Part shown: positions 8,315 to 18,630 of the stretch, one piece after another
Layout: every line of letters starts with the position of its first letter
Numbering within the stretch: position 1 is the stretch's first letter
Source of the DNA: Bacillota bacterium
GTDB taxonomy: Bacteria > Bacillota_I > Bacilli_A > RF39 > UBA660
Assembly: GCA_003524085.1 (NCBI GenBank)
Contig: DOEC01000029.1
Location: 21,819-85,818 of the forward strand
Direction of reading: 5' to 3'
DNA length: 64,000 nt
The notes under the pieces: model-generated
Databases searched by the model: none
What the model saw: only the letters and a program-made list of their open reading frames with translations
What the model was told of the DNA's origin: nothing
Program-made: the position numbers and the translations under genes

Positions 8315-10024
8315 ATGGCATACACTGCTTTATATAGAAAATACAGACCATCTAATTTTGCAAGTGTGGTTGGACAGGAAGTTGTAGTAGATATTTTGAA
8401 GAATTCTATATTAAATAATAAGGTTAGCCACGCTTATTTATTTACTGGACCAAGGGGTACTGGTAAAACGAGTATAGCTAAAATTCTTGCTCATGCTGTA
8501 AATTGTCTTAATTTTAACGGCGATATATGTGGTGAGTGCGAAGTTTGTAAGAATTTAGAGATAAATGATAGTGATATTATAGAAATAGACGCTGCAAGTA
8601 ATAATGGTGTTGATGAGATTAGAACTTTGAGGGATAATGTTAAATTGTTGCCAAGTTTTTGTAAGTATAAAATTTACATTATTGACGAAGTACATATGTT
8701 GTCTACAGGCGCTTTTAATGCGTTATTAAAGACACTAGAAGAACCACCCAGTCATGTCATTTTTATTCTAGCTACAACTGAACCTAATAAGATACCTTTG
8801 ACTATTTTGTCAAGGTGTCAGAGATTTGACTTTAATAAGATTTCTAATGAAAAATTGGTTAGTAGACTTCTATATATTGCTACTCAGGAAGGAAAAATCG
8901 TTGATAAATCAATTTTAGAATATATTGCTGAGATTTCTGATGGTGGATTAAGAGATGCAATTAATTTGCTTGACCAAGTTATATCTTTACCACAGGAAAG
9001 TGTTACTTTAGAAGAGATTGATAGATTATCTGGTAGAATTTCTCAAAATACTTTATTTGAATTACTAAATGCTATTTCAATTGGTAATTATCTTTCTATT
9101 TTAAATATTTCTGATATAATTTACGGAGAAGGCAAGAATTATAAAGATATTGCTGATGGAATGTTAGCAATTGTCAGAGATTTGAGTATTAATTTTGAGG
9201 TTGATAATTATTTTAATAAGGATTACTCTTCAAAACTTGCTACTATTAATATACCTTTTGATAAATTAATTTCTATTACATCTCTTTTAAACGAACTTAT
9301 AAAAGAATTAAAAAATTCTAATGACCCTAAAATGCTTTTTGATATTTATATGGTCAATATTTGTAATAGTTTGTCATCTAAAGGTAATTTAAGTGTTAAA
9401 AAAGAAGATATTAACAATTCTCAAACGGTTGAACTTAAAAATAAAGAGGTTATTAACATATCTAATATCAAGGAAAATAAGAAAAAAATAAATATTAACA
9501 AAGACTCAGATGAGGATACTATAAATGAAAAAACAGTTAACACTTCAAATGATATAATTAATGGTGATTTAAAGAGTATAAGAATTAATAATGTATTAGC
9601 TGAAGCAGATAAAAACATTTTAAACAATATAGTTAAGTCGTATGATAAGATAGGCGATTATGTTTCTAATAAGGTTTATAATACTCTTTCAATTTTGCTT
9701 TTGGATGGTCATGTAGTCGTTGCTTCTACAAAATATTTGCTATTTGCCTTTGAAAGTGAAGAAGATGTGACTTTATTTGATAATAATTATAAACAAATTG
9801 AATTATTTATTAAGGAAGTGTTTGAAGAAACATATAAAGTGGCTGCAGTAACAAAAAAAGAATGGCAAAGGATAAAGGAAGATTTTATAAAAAATAAAAA
9901 AAATCAAATTCCGTATGTATTTATTGATGAAAATGATGTAAAATTAGATATGGGTGTAAGTTTTAATGATTTAGAAAACTCAGCATTAGATTTATTTGGA
10001 GAAGACACAATAAGTGTTAGATAG
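8315..10024 (+). CDS. dnaX: DNA polymerase III subunit tau/gamma
   Basis: Walker A GPRGTGKTS, zinc module CGECEVC and SRCQRF box are present. The C-terminal half is low-complexity. Confidence 0.9.
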   Translation: MAYTALYRKYRPSNFASVVGQEVVVDILKNSILNNKVSHAYLFTGPRGTGKTSIAKILAHAVNCLNFNGDICGECEVCKNLEINDSDIIEIDAASNNGVDEIRTLRDNVKLLPSFCKYKIYIIDEVHMLSTGAFNALLKTLEEPPSHVIFILATTEPNKIPLTILSRCQRFDFNKISNEKLVSRLLYIATQEGKIVDKSILEYIAEISDGGLRDAINLLDQVISLPQESVTLEEIDRLSGRISQNTLFELLNAISIGNYLSILNISDIIYGEGKNYKDIADGMLAIVRDLSINFEVDNYFNKDYSSKLATINIPFDKLISITSLLNELIKELKNSNDPKMLFDIYMVNICNSLSSKGNLSVKKEDINNSQTVELKNKEVINISNIKENKKKININKDSDEDTINEKTVNTSNDIINGDLKSIRINNVLAEADKNILNNIVKSYDKIGDYVSNKVYNTLSILLLDGHVVVASTKYLLFAFESEEDVTLFDNNYKQIELFIKEVFEETYKVAAVTKKEWQRIKEDFIKNKKNQIPYVFIDENDVKLDMGVSFNDLENSALDLFGEDTISVR

Positions 10025-10033
10025 GAGGAAATT

Positions 10034-10327
10034 ATGAATATACAAAATTTAATGGCACAAGCTCAAAGAGTACAAAAAGATTTAGAAAGGGCTAATAATG
10101 AGATAGAAAATACTGTTTTTGAAGGTGTTAGTGGAGCAGTTAAGGTAACTATATCTGGTAAACATGAAGTTAAAAGCGTAGTGATTACTGATGATAGCGT
10201 TTTAAGTGATAAAGAAATGCTTGAAGATATGATTTTAATTGCTGTTAATGATGGATTAAAGAAAATTTCAAAAATGAAAGAAGAAAAAATGGGTAAATAT
10301 ACTGGTGGTTTAGGGGGACTTTTCTAG
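10034..10327 (+). CDS. ybaB: Nucleoid-associated protein YbaB/EbfC
   Basis: 97 aa, with N-terminal NLMAQAQRVQKDLE and C-terminal GGLGGLF. It sits in the conserved dnaX-ybaB-recR order. Confidence 0.85.
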   Translation: MNIQNLMAQAQRVQKDLERANNEIENTVFEGVSGAVKVTISGKHEVKSVVITDDSVLSDKEMLEDMILIAVNDGLKKISKMKEEKMGKYTGGLGGLF

Positions 10328-10331
10328 TATA

Positions 10332-10931
10332 ATGATTTATCCTGATGAATTTGAAAAATTAAAAGAAAGTTTTCAGTTATTGCCTGGTGTGGGAGAAAAG
10401 TCTGCTGAAAGATATGTTTATGCAGTTAATGAAATTGATATTGATAAAATAGAAGAATTTGCTGCTAATTTAAACAGATTTAAAGAAAATATGAGAAAAT
10501 GTAAGGTATGTGGACATTTAACTAATAAGAAAATTTGTAATATTTGTGATAATGAACATAGAGATAAGTCTACTATTTGTGTTGTGGAAGACTCAAAAAG
10601 TGTGTTTATGTTTGAAAAAACTGGAAAATATAGTGGAGTTTACCATGTGCTTGGTGGATTAATATCTCCAATTGATGAGGTAAATCCAGAAGATATTAAT
10701 TTAAATTCTTTGATTTCTGAACGTATTAATGATGAAGTAAAAGAAGTTATAATTGCACTTAACCCTTCTGTAGAAGGTGAAATGACTAGTCTTTATATTC
10801 AAAAGTTATTAGAGAAAAAGAATGTAAAAGTTTCTAGACTTTCTTATGGACTTCCAATGGGTGCAGACATTGAGTATTTAGACCCATTAACAATTATTAG
10901 AGCAATTGATGATAGAAAATTTTTGTCATAA
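10332..10931 (+). CDS. recR: Recombination protein RecR
   Basis: 199 aa with an HhH-type N-terminus (LPGVGEKSAER), a C4 zinc finger (CKVCGH...CNIC) and a Toprim domain. Confidence 0.9.
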   Translation: MIYPDEFEKLKESFQLLPGVGEKSAERYVYAVNEIDIDKIEEFAANLNRFKENMRKCKVCGHLTNKKICNICDNEHRDKSTICVVEDSKSVFMFEKTGKYSGVYHVLGGLISPIDEVNPEDINLNSLISERINDEVKEVIIALNPSVEGEMTSLYIQKLLEKKNVKVSRLSYGLPMGADIEYLDPLTIIRAIDDRKFLS

Positions 10932-10968
10932 ATAATGAATAAGTTTATACTATTAATTGGAGGATATT

Positions 10969-11151
10969 ATGCAATTTATAGTATTAGTTATTAAAAGACT
11001 TGTGATGGCTTTATGTATGCTTTATACAGTTGATTTGATTACTTCAAGTGCAGGGTTTATAATACCTATTAATGTTGTAAGTGTTATATTTGTAAGTTTA
11101 TTAGGTATTCCTGCTTTGTTTGGTCTTGCATTTTTAAAGCATTTTATGTGA
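10969..11151 (+). CDS. bofA: Pro-sigma-K processing inhibitor BofA-like small membrane protein
   Basis: 60 aa with two TM segments and C-terminal LLGIPALFGL. Its position after recR matches B. subtilis. ATG 10969 follows RBS GGAGGA, and the track's TTG 10957 overlaps that RBS. Confidence 0.55.
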   Translation: MQFIVLVIKRLVMALCMLYTVDLITSSAGFIIPINVVSVIFVSLLGIPALFGLAFLKHFM

Positions 11152-11167
11152 GATAGTAGGTGGTATT

Positions 11168-11986
11168 ATGGAAGAAAAGCTTAGTAATTATTTTGAACAA
11201 ATGGCTAGTCAAGATAGGATTAGTCATGCTTTTTTGGTGTGTAATACTGAATATTCTGTTATAAAAGAAGAACTCTCTTTCTTGTTAAATAATTATTTTT
11301 TTGAAGAAAGTGTTGATATTGATAATTGTAGTGATGTGGTTATTGTTAAACCCATAAATGATAAAATTGTTAAAGAGCAAATATTAGAACTACAAAATAA
11401 ACTTAAAAGTTATAGTCAAACTCATAAAAACAGAGTGTATATAATTAATGAGGCTCATAAAATGAATGATTATGCAGCAAATTCACTACTAAAATTCTTG
11501 GAAGAACCAGAAAGTAATATTTATGCTTTTTTGATAACTACTAATATAAATAAGATATTACCAACTATAAAGAGCAGATGTCAGGTTTTATCAATACAAA
11601 ATATCAAAGTTTTAGATATTAAAAGTTATTCAGATGAAGTAATTCTTAAAACAATTCAATTAATTAGACTTATGGAAGAAAAAAAGTCTTCTTCTTTTGG
11701 GTATTTGTATGATATAATTAGTAAGAAGGAAGAAAAAGATAATGTAATTAATATGTTAAAAATTATGAAATACTTTTATAGTGATGTTTTTAATCTTATA
11801 TTAGGTAGAAATATTATTTATTTTGAAGAGTATCTAAGTGATTTAAAGTATGTAAGTGATTTAAATTCTACACATGATATTATTAGAAAGATGTTTGTAC
11901 TTAGTAAGAGTGAAAATAAACTTGAGTATAATTTAAATATTAATTTATTTATGATAAGACTTATTAGTGAGATGGTAGGTGATTAA
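11168..11986 (+). CDS. holB: DNA polymerase III subunit delta'
   Basis: 272 aa with the HAFL motif, an AAA-like core (LLKFLEEP) and the SRCQ box. Confidence 0.8.
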   Translation: MEEKLSNYFEQMASQDRISHAFLVCNTEYSVIKEELSFLLNNYFFEESVDIDNCSDVVIVKPINDKIVKEQILELQNKLKSYSQTHKNRVYIINEAHKMNDYAANSLLKFLEEPESNIYAFLITTNINKILPTIKSRCQVLSIQNIKVLDIKSYSDEVILKTIQLIRLMEEKKSSSFGYLYDIISKKEEKDNVINMLKIMKYFYSDVFNLILGRNIIYFEEYLSDLKYVSDLNSTHDIIRKMFVLSKSENKLEYNLNINLFMIRLISEMVGD

Positions 11987-12796
11987 ATGAAAAATGTAGT
12001 TGCTGTTAGTTTTAAGGAGAATGGAAAGTATTATTTTTTCAATGGTAATAATTTGAAAATAAAAGATGGAGACTTTGTTGTTGTGACTACTGAAAGAGGT
12101 CTTCAAGTGGGTAAAGTTATAATAAGTAATATTATTAATAAAGAAGAATTAAGTAATATGAAAGATGTAGTGAGAATTGCAACACCTAAGGATTTGAAAA
12201 TACATGAATCTAATTTAAAAAATGCTGAAGAAGCTTTAAATACTGCTAGAAAAATAGCGCAGAAGTTAAAACTTAATATGAATTTAATTGAAGCTAGTTT
12301 TACTTTTGAAAGAAATCAGTTAATCTTCTTCTTTCTATCTGACCAAAGAGTAGATTTTAGAGATATGGCTAAAGAATTAGCGTCAATTTATAAAACAAGA
12401 ATTGAGTTAAGACAAATTGGTGTTAGAGATAAGGCAAGAGAAGTTTCTGGAATTGGGCAATGTGGGCGTGTTTTGTGCTGCGCAAGTTATATGAAAAATT
12501 TTGTTGATTCCGTTTCAATAAATATGGCTAAAAATCAAAGCTTAGCGCTTAATCCTAGTAAAATTAATGGACAGTGTGGAAGGTTACTTTGTTGTTTGAC
12601 TTATGAAGATGAAGTGTATTCTGAAAATAGAAAAGAAATGCCTATTTTAGGAGAAAAAGTAGAGACTGAAAAGGGAACTGGGACTGTGGTTTCAATTGAT
12701 ATATTAAAGAAAATTTATGTTGTTGATGTTCCTAATGAAGGTAGAATTGAAGTTACTTTGAAAAGTAAGTGTGATGAATGTGAAAAATGTAATTAA
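11987..12796 (+). CDS. ricT: PSP1-domain protein RicT/YaaT (stage 0 sporulation)
   Basis: Cys-rich PSP1 motifs GQCGRVLCC and GQCGRLLCCL are present, and the gene follows holB as in B. subtilis. Confidence 0.85.
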   Translation: MKNVVAVSFKENGKYYFFNGNNLKIKDGDFVVVTTERGLQVGKVIISNIINKEELSNMKDVVRIATPKDLKIHESNLKNAEEALNTARKIAQKLKLNMNLIEASFTFERNQLIFFFLSDQRVDFRDMAKELASIYKTRIELRQIGVRDKAREVSGIGQCGRVLCCASYMKNFVDSVSINMAKNQSLALNPSKINGQCGRLLCCLTYEDEVYSENRKEMPILGEKVETEKGTGTVVSIDILKKIYVVDVPNEGRIEVTLKSKCDECEKCN

Positions 12797-13502
12797 TGAT
12801 TTAGTTGGCTATGATGGGTTAAAGATAGTCCAAAACAATGAGTACTTTAATTTCAGCTTGGAGTCTGTTATGATTCCAAGATTTTGCGTGCTTAGAGATA
12901 ATATGAGAATACTTGATTTGTGTACGGGAAATGCTCCTATACCAATGATACTTAGTACTATTACAAAGTCTAATATATTGGGAGTTGAAATTCAAAAGGA
13001 AATTTATGATTTAGCAAGTGAGTCTGTTAAAATTAATAATTTACAAGATAGAATAGAGTTATTAAATATGGATGTTAAAGATTTAGATAAGGTATTTGAA
13101 ACAGATACGTTTGATTTGATAACTTGTAATCCTCCTTATTTTAAAGTGTGTGAGACAAGTAATTTGAATGATAATATGGTTAAGTCTATTGCAAGACATG
13201 AAATACTTTTGAATTTAGAAGATATTTGTAGAATAAGCAGAAAATTACTAAAGAATAATGGAAGTTTGGTTCTAGTTCATAGAACTGATAGGCTTGTTGA
13301 AATAATAAATATGCTTACAAAGTATAATTTGCAGCCGAAAAGAATTAGATTTGTTTATCCTAAAACGAAAGAAAATTCAAATTTGGTATTAATTGACGCT
13401 AAAAAAAATGGAAAAGTTGGATTAAAAGTTTTAGAACCACTTATTTGTCACAATAGTGATGGCAGTTATACAGAAGAAATAAATAGAATGTTAGAGAGGT
13501 AG
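12771..13502 (+). CDS. SAM-dependent N6-adenine methyltransferase (YabB / TrmN6-like)
   Basis: Motif I is DLCTGNAPI and motif IV is NPPYF. The position is syntenic with yabB. The start could instead be ATG 12774. Confidence 0.7.
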   Translation: MMNVKNVINDLVGYDGLKIVQNNEYFNFSLESVMIPRFCVLRDNMRILDLCTGNAPIPMILSTITKSNILGVEIQKEIYDLASESVKINNLQDRIELLNMDVKDLDKVFETDTFDLITCNPPYFKVCETSNLNDNMVKSIARHEILLNLEDICRISRKLLKNNGSLVLVHRTDRLVEIINMLTKYNLQPKRIRFVYPKTKENSNLVLIDAKKNGKVGLKVLEPLICHNSDGSYTEEINRMLER

Positions 13503-13504
13503 TT

Positions 13505-14344
13505 ATGATACAAAAGAGTTATGATAAGGAAATTAGTAATTGTTATATAGTACCTACACCTATTGGAAATATGAAAGATATGACCTTTAGAAGTGTTGAA
13601 GTGCTTAAACAAGTAGATGCAGTTTTTGCAGAAGATACTAGAGTAACTGGCGTACTTTTAAATAACTTAGATATTAAAAAGAAGATTTATCAAAATCAGA
13701 AGTTTAATGAAGCTAAAGCTAGTGGTGTGGCAGTGGAGTTATTAAAAGAAGGAAAAAATATTGCAGTTGTTACAGATAGGGGAACTCCACTTATAAGTGA
13801 CCCTGGAAATGTTTTGGTGTCTGAAGTTATAAAGAATGGATTTAATGTGATAGCTTTACCCGGCGCTTGTGCTTTTGTACCTGCTTTAAATATGTCTAAT
13901 ATTAATCAAGAAAAATTTTTGTTTTATGGTTTTTTGAGTTCTAAAGAAGGACAGGCGTGTCATGAATTAGAGAAGTTAAAGAGTATCAACTTTACAATAG
14001 TTTTATATGAAGCACCTCATAGACTTTATAAAACTTTACAAAATATAGAAAAAATCTTGGGAAATATTCAAATAAGTATTTCCCGGGAAATAACTAAGCT
14101 TCATGAAGAGGTGTTTAGGGGTAGTGTTAGCGAGGCTTTGGAAATTTATAAAGAAGTTAAAGGCGAAATTGTAATCGTTATTGATAATAATAAGAATGAA
14201 GTTGACTATGAAGTTTCTTTTAAGGAAGTTATGGACTTAATTAAACTTGGTGTTAAACCAAATGATGCAGTTAAATATGTTTCTAAGAAAAATGAAGTTA
14301 GTAGGAATATTTTATATAGTATGTATGAGGAGGGTAAGAAATGA
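13505..14344 (+). CDS. rsmI: 16S rRNA (cytidine1402-2'-O)-methyltransferase
   Basis: N-terminal YIVPTPIGNMKDMTFR..L..VD.VFAEDTR and the REITKLHEE motif are present (tetrapyrrole-methylase fold family). Confidence 0.85.
   Translation: MIQKSYDKEISNCYIVPTPIGNMKDMTFRSVEVLKQVDAVFAEDTRVTGVLLNNLDIKKKIYQNQKFNEAKASGVAVELLKEGKNIAVVTDRGTPLISDPGNVLVSEVIKNGFNVIALPGACAFVPALNMSNINQEKFLFYGFLSSKEGQACHELEKLKSINFTIVLYEAPHRLYKTLQNIEKILGNIQISISREITKLHEEVFRGSVSEALEIYKEVKGEIVIVIDNNKNEVDYEVSFKEVMDLIKLGVKPNDAVKYVSKKNEVSRNILYSMYEEGKK
14078..14091. promoter_or_regulatory. Noc-binding-site (NBS) palindrome ATTTCCCGGGAAAT inside rsmI
   Basis: Exact match to the 14-bp B. subtilis NBS consensus, and a 16-bp palindrome over 14077-14092. 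It encodes I-S-R-E-I using the codons TCC and CGG. Confidence 0.55.
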
Positions 14345-14886
14345 AATTAATCGTTGGACTTGGTAATCCAGGAGAAGAATATCAAAATACTAGACATAAT
14401 GCTGGATTTATGGCTATTGATAATTATATTGATGGGTCAAATTTTAAGAAGAAAGATAATTATATGATAGTTGAAAAGGTAATTAATGGAGAGAAAATCT
14501 TATTTGTTAAACCACTTACTTATATGAATGATAGTGGACAGGCTGTTAGAAAAGTAATGGATTATTATAAGATTAACTTAGAAGATATTTTAATAATCTA
14601 TGATGATATGGATTTTAATGTTGGGACTATTAAGATAAAAGCGAGTGGTTCAAGTGGTGGACATAATGGAATTAAGAGTATTATTAAATGTTTAGGTACA
14701 GAAAACTTTAAGAGAATTAGAATTGGAATATCGAAACCTGAAGGAGATACAATTGATTATGTCTTGGGAAAATTTAGCAAGCATGATTTGAATAATTTAT
14801 ATTATGTGTTTAATACTATTAATAGGATAATTGAAGATTTTGTAGTCTTGCCATTTGAAAAGTTAATGAGTAAATATAATGGGTGA
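14341..14886 (+). CDS. pth: Peptidyl-tRNA hydrolase
   Basis: LIVGLGNPGEEYQNTRHNAGF at the N-terminus. ATGA overlap with rsmI. Confidence 0.92.
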   Translation: MKLIVGLGNPGEEYQNTRHNAGFMAIDNYIDGSNFKKKDNYMIVEKVINGEKILFVKPLTYMNDSGQAVRKVMDYYKINLEDILIIYDDMDFNVGTIKIKASGSSGGHNGIKSIIKCLGTENFKRIRIGISKPEGDTIDYVLGKFSKHDLNNLYYVFNTINRIIEDFVVLPFEKLMSKYNG

Positions 14887-17800
14887 ATATTATGCTTAAT
14901 GGTTTGTTTGATTTTAAATTTAAAGATGGAATGAAGATTAACGTTAGTAAAAATGAAATATACAATCAAATGCTTTTGTATATGTTTTTTGCTTGGAAGA
15001 AAAGCGTTGTTATAGTTACTCCGACTTTAAATGAGGCTAACCAGCTTTATAGGGATTTACAGTATTATTTAAAGGAAAGTGTGTATATTTTTCCGGATGA
15101 TGATTTTCTTACTAAGAAAGCTATCGCGTCTAGTCCTGAGTTAATGTACATGAGAATGAAGTTCTTAAATAATATAGATAGTACAGATAATAAGATTTTA
15201 ATATGTCATACAAGTAGTTTTTTGAAGAAATTTCCAGCTAAAAATAGTTTTGAAGAAAAAGCTATTAATTTGAAAGTTGGTAAAACTATTGATAGAGATG
15301 ATTTAATAGAAAAGTTAACAAATATTGGTTATAAGAGAGAAAGTTTAGTTACGAATACTGGGGAATTTAGTGTAAGAGGATTTGTAATTGATGTGTTTCC
15401 AATATTTTCTGATCATCCAGTTAGAATTGAATTTTTTGATGAAGAGATAGATGAGATTAAGTATTTTAATGAGAATACACAATTGTCTATTCAAAATACG
15501 CAAGAAGTTGTTATTAAGCCAGTTAATGATGAATATAATGGTAGCAATTCAAGTATACTATCTTATTTAAATGAGCCTTTATTAGTATATCAAGATTATA
15601 ATCAAATAATGATGGTTGAAAAAAGTTTAATAGAACAGATTAATTATTATAATGAAGAAAACTATAATTTTTTATTAGCTGATATAGAGTCTGATAGTAA
15701 GTTATTTGTAGATACAATAGAAAATGGAAAATCAGATTTAAACATTGCGGCCGTAAAAATAGTTAACTATAATAATGATGTTAATAAGTTTGTTAGTGAT
15801 TTAAACGAAAAAAATAGTTTTTTGTGCTCTAATGATGAAAAGTTTATTAAGAAATTAAAAATTGATAAGAGCAAAGTAATTGATACAGATTTATTAGAAG
15901 GTTTTGTTTATGAAGGCAAAGCTTATTACTCAAAAAATGATTTGAATGGACATGAAGAGAAGATTAAATATAATACTGGTTATAAGATGGGTAAAAAGAT
16001 AGATTCTATTGATAAACTGGAAGTTGGAGATTATGTCGTTCATAAAGAGTCAGGGATTGGTGTTTATATGGGAATAAGCACTATAATGAAGAATGGTTTA
16101 CCAAGAGATTATATTTTGATTAAGTATAAGGGGGACGATAAATTATATTTACCTGTTGATAAAGTAGATAAACTTTATAAGTATTCTTCTAAAGATGGTG
16201 CAAGGCCTGTAATTCATAAGTTAAATAGTGTTGAATGGCAAAAAACAAAGATGAAGATTAGAAAGAAAATTTATGATATAAGCGAAGAGTTAATCAAAAT
16301 TTATAAAAATAGAAGTATATCAAAAGTTGAACCTTTCAAGGAAGATACACCAGAGCAACAGATTTTTGAGAGTGAATTTGTTTATCAGGAAACTCCAGAC
16401 CAATTAAAGACTACTATGGAAATAAAAAAAGACTTAGAAAGTTCTAAACCAATGGATAGACTTTTATGTGGAGATGTTGGTTATGGTAAGACTGAAGTTG
16501 TTTTTAGGGCGATGTTTAAGGCAGTAATGAATGATAAGCAAGTAATGTACTTATGTCCAACAACACTTTTAAGTTATCAACAGTATATAAGTGCGACTAA
16601 AAGATTTAAAAATTATGCTGTAAATATAGCTTTATTAAATAGGTATACTACAGCTAAAGAAGTTAAAAATATTTTATCTGACTTAGAAAGTGGAAAAATT
16701 GATATTGTTTTTGGAACACATAGGCTACTTTCTGGTGATATTAAATTTAAGGATTTGGGTTTTTTAGTAATTGATGAAGAGCAAAGATTTGGTGTTATGC
16801 ATAAAGAGAAAATTAAGGAGATCAAGTCTAATGTTCATGTTCTTTCTGTTTCTGCTACACCTATACCAAGAAGTTTACAAATGAGTTTGATTGGAGTTAG
16901 AGATTTATCGTTAATTGAAACTCCGCCTGTTAATAAGTTGCCTGTTCAAACTTATGTTATTAGTTATGATGCTTATGTTTTAAGGGATGTTGTATTGAAA
17001 GAAAAAGCTAGAGGTGGGCAAGTGTTTATTCTTTATAATAAAGTTGAGGATATGCCTAGCATTGCAGAAAAGTTTAGAAAGCTATTGCCTGAAGTTAGTA
17101 TTAATTATGCTCATGGGAAGATGAATAAGGAGCAAATGCAAGATATAATGTATGATTTTACTTTAGGAAAGTTTGATGTTCTTTTAAGTACGACTATTAT
17201 TGAAAATGGAATAGATATACCTAATGCTAATACTATTATAGTAATGGATGCTGATAGATTTGGACTTTCACAGCTTTATCAAATTAGAGGAAGAGTTGGA
17301 AGAGGAGATAGGCAAGCTTATGCTTATTTGATGTACAATAAAGAAAAGGTGCTTGGTGAGACAGCACAAAAGAGATTAGAAGCGATAAAAGAGTTCACTG
17401 AGCTTGGAAGTGGTTATAAAATTGCAATGAGAGATTTAAGTATTCGTGGAGCTGGGGATTTACTTGGTAGTGAACAAGCTGGGTTTATTGATTCAGTTGG
17501 AGTAGATATGTACATTGAGCTAATTAATGAAGAGTTAAATGGTGTAGTGATGGATGAAGAGGAAAAAGAGACTAATATAGACGATGTTGCTACACATATA
17601 GGAAGTGAGTACTCTAATGAAGATGCAATTATAATTGAGATACACAAAATGATAAGTGAAATTAATAGTATTACTGAATATGAAACGGTGTATGATGTTA
17701 TTAAAGATAGATTTGGTACTGTTAGCGAAGAAATTGATATTTATATGAAACAGGAATTAGTTGAAAAGTTAATTGATAAACTTAAAATTAAGTTGTTAGT

Positions 17801-18023
17801 TAATGATAAGATGAAATTTACTTTAAAACTAGATAATGATGTGTATAGTAAACTTAATATTGAAGATTTGTTTATTGAGGCAACTAAAATTTGTACAAGA
17901 TTTAATTTTGCTTTTAGGGCAGATGCTATACATATAAGTTTAAATAAGGAAAATCTAGAGAAACATTACATTAACTATATTATGGAGTTGTTAATATATA
18001 TAGATAGCAATATTAAAAGATAA
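14883..18023 (+). CDS. mfd: Transcription-repair coupling factor
   Basis: Helicase motifs GDVGYGKTE, DEEQRFGV and TATPIPRSL are present, with a CarD-like domain and a TRG region. ATG 14892 is an alternative start. Confidence 0.92.
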   Translation: MNIMLNGLFDFKFKDGMKINVSKNEIYNQMLLYMFFAWKKSVVIVTPTLNEANQLYRDLQYYLKESVYIFPDDDFLTKKAIASSPELMYMRMKFLNNIDSTDNKILICHTSSFLKKFPAKNSFEEKAINLKVGKTIDRDDLIEKLTNIGYKRESLVTNTGEFSVRGFVIDVFPIFSDHPVRIEFFDEEIDEIKYFNENTQLSIQNTQEVVIKPVNDEYNGSNSSILSYLNEPLLVYQDYNQIMMVEKSLIEQINYYNEENYNFLLADIESDSKLFVDTIENGKSDLNIAAVKIVNYNNDVNKFVSDLNEKNSFLCSNDEKFIKKLKIDKSKVIDTDLLEGFVYEGKAYYSKNDLNGHEEKIKYNTGYKMGKKIDSIDKLEVGDYVVHKESGIGVYMGISTIMKNGLPRDYILIKYKGDDKLYLPVDKVDKLYKYSSKDGARPVIHKLNSVEWQKTKMKIRKKIYDISEELIKIYKNRSISKVEPFKEDTPEQQIFESEFVYQETPDQLKTTMEIKKDLESSKPMDRLLCGDVGYGKTEVVFRAMFKAVMNDKQVMYLCPTTLLSYQQYISATKRFKNYAVNIALLNRYTTAKEVKNILSDLESGKIDIVFGTHRLLSGDIKFKDLGFLVIDEEQRFGVMHKEKIKEIKSNVHVLSVSATPIPRSLQMSLIGVRDLSLIETPPVNKLPVQTYVISYDAYVLRDVVLKEKARGGQVFILYNKVEDMPSIAEKFRKLLPEVSINYAHGKMNKEQMQDIMYDFTLGKFDVLLSTTIIENGIDIPNANTIIVMDADRFGLSQLYQIRGRVGRGDRQAYAYLMYNKEKVLGETAQKRLEAIKEFTELGSGYKIAMRDLSIRGAGDLLGSEQAGFIDSVGVDMYIELINEELNGVVMDEEEKETNIDDVATHIGSEYSNEDAIIIEIHKMISEINSITEYETVYDVIKDRFGTVSEEIDIYMKQELVEKLIDKLKIKLLVNDKMKFTLKLDNDVYSKLNIEDLFIEATKICTRFNFAFRADAIHISLNKENLEKHYINYIMELLIYIDSNIKR

Positions 18024-18085
18024 AGAAAAACTGATACTTTGATATGAACCCCGTTTCTTGGACACAAGAGAAACGAGGTTTTTAT

Positions 18086-18598
18086 ATGTCAAAATTAACT
18101 TATGAAGATAAAATTAATATATATATTGATAAAAAAGGGGGAATGTCAGTAGGAAGTCTATCAAGTAAATACAAGGTAAGTAAAAATATAATCAATTATC
18201 TAACAGCATTAATAGATAAACATGGAATAGACATTTTAAGAACAGATAAAAATAGAATTCATACTAAATTCGAGAAACAGGAAGCAATAGATAGAGTTTT
18301 AATTAATGGTGAAGCAAAATGGGCTGTAGCATTAGATTTAGGCCTATTAAGTAAAGGAATGTTAGTTAATTGGATTAAAAATTATAAAGAAATGAGTTAT
18401 AATATAGTTGAACGAAAAAGAGGAAGGAGTCCAACTATGTCAAAAAAGCCTAAAATAACAAACAAAATAGAAACTATAGAAGAAGAAAATGAAAGATTAA
18501 AAAAAGAAAACTTATATTTAAAGGCGGAGCTAGAATACTCAAAAAAATTGAGAGCTGTTGTTCAAGCAAGGAAGAATCAACAACAGAAGAAAAAGTAA
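18086..18598 (+). CDS. IS3 transposase OrfA (HTH, leucine-zipper-like C-terminus)
   Basis: ATG 18086 follows RBS GAGG, and the track start at 18044 lies inside IRL. The C-terminus is a coiled coil, EEENERLKKENLYLKAELEY. Confidence 0.8.
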   Translation: MSKLTYEDKINIYIDKKGGMSVGSLSSKYKVSKNIINYLTALIDKHGIDILRTDKNRIHTKFEKQEAIDRVLINGEAKWAVALDLGLLSKGMLVNWIKNYKEMSYNIVERKRGRSPTMSKKPKITNKIETIEEENERLKKENLYLKAELEYSKKLRAVVQARKNQQQKKK

Positions 18599-18630
18599 GT
18601 GTTGTAAGTGAACTTCGGCTAATATATCCA

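Noticed and set aside
9380-9620. A possible programmed frameshift (gamma subunit) or internal repeat in the low-complexity Asn/Lys-rich part of dnaX.
   Set aside because: A-runs are present, but there is no A-AAA-AAG slippery heptamer with a downstream stop or hairpin in a convincing arrangement. The region looks like ordinary AT-driven low complexity.
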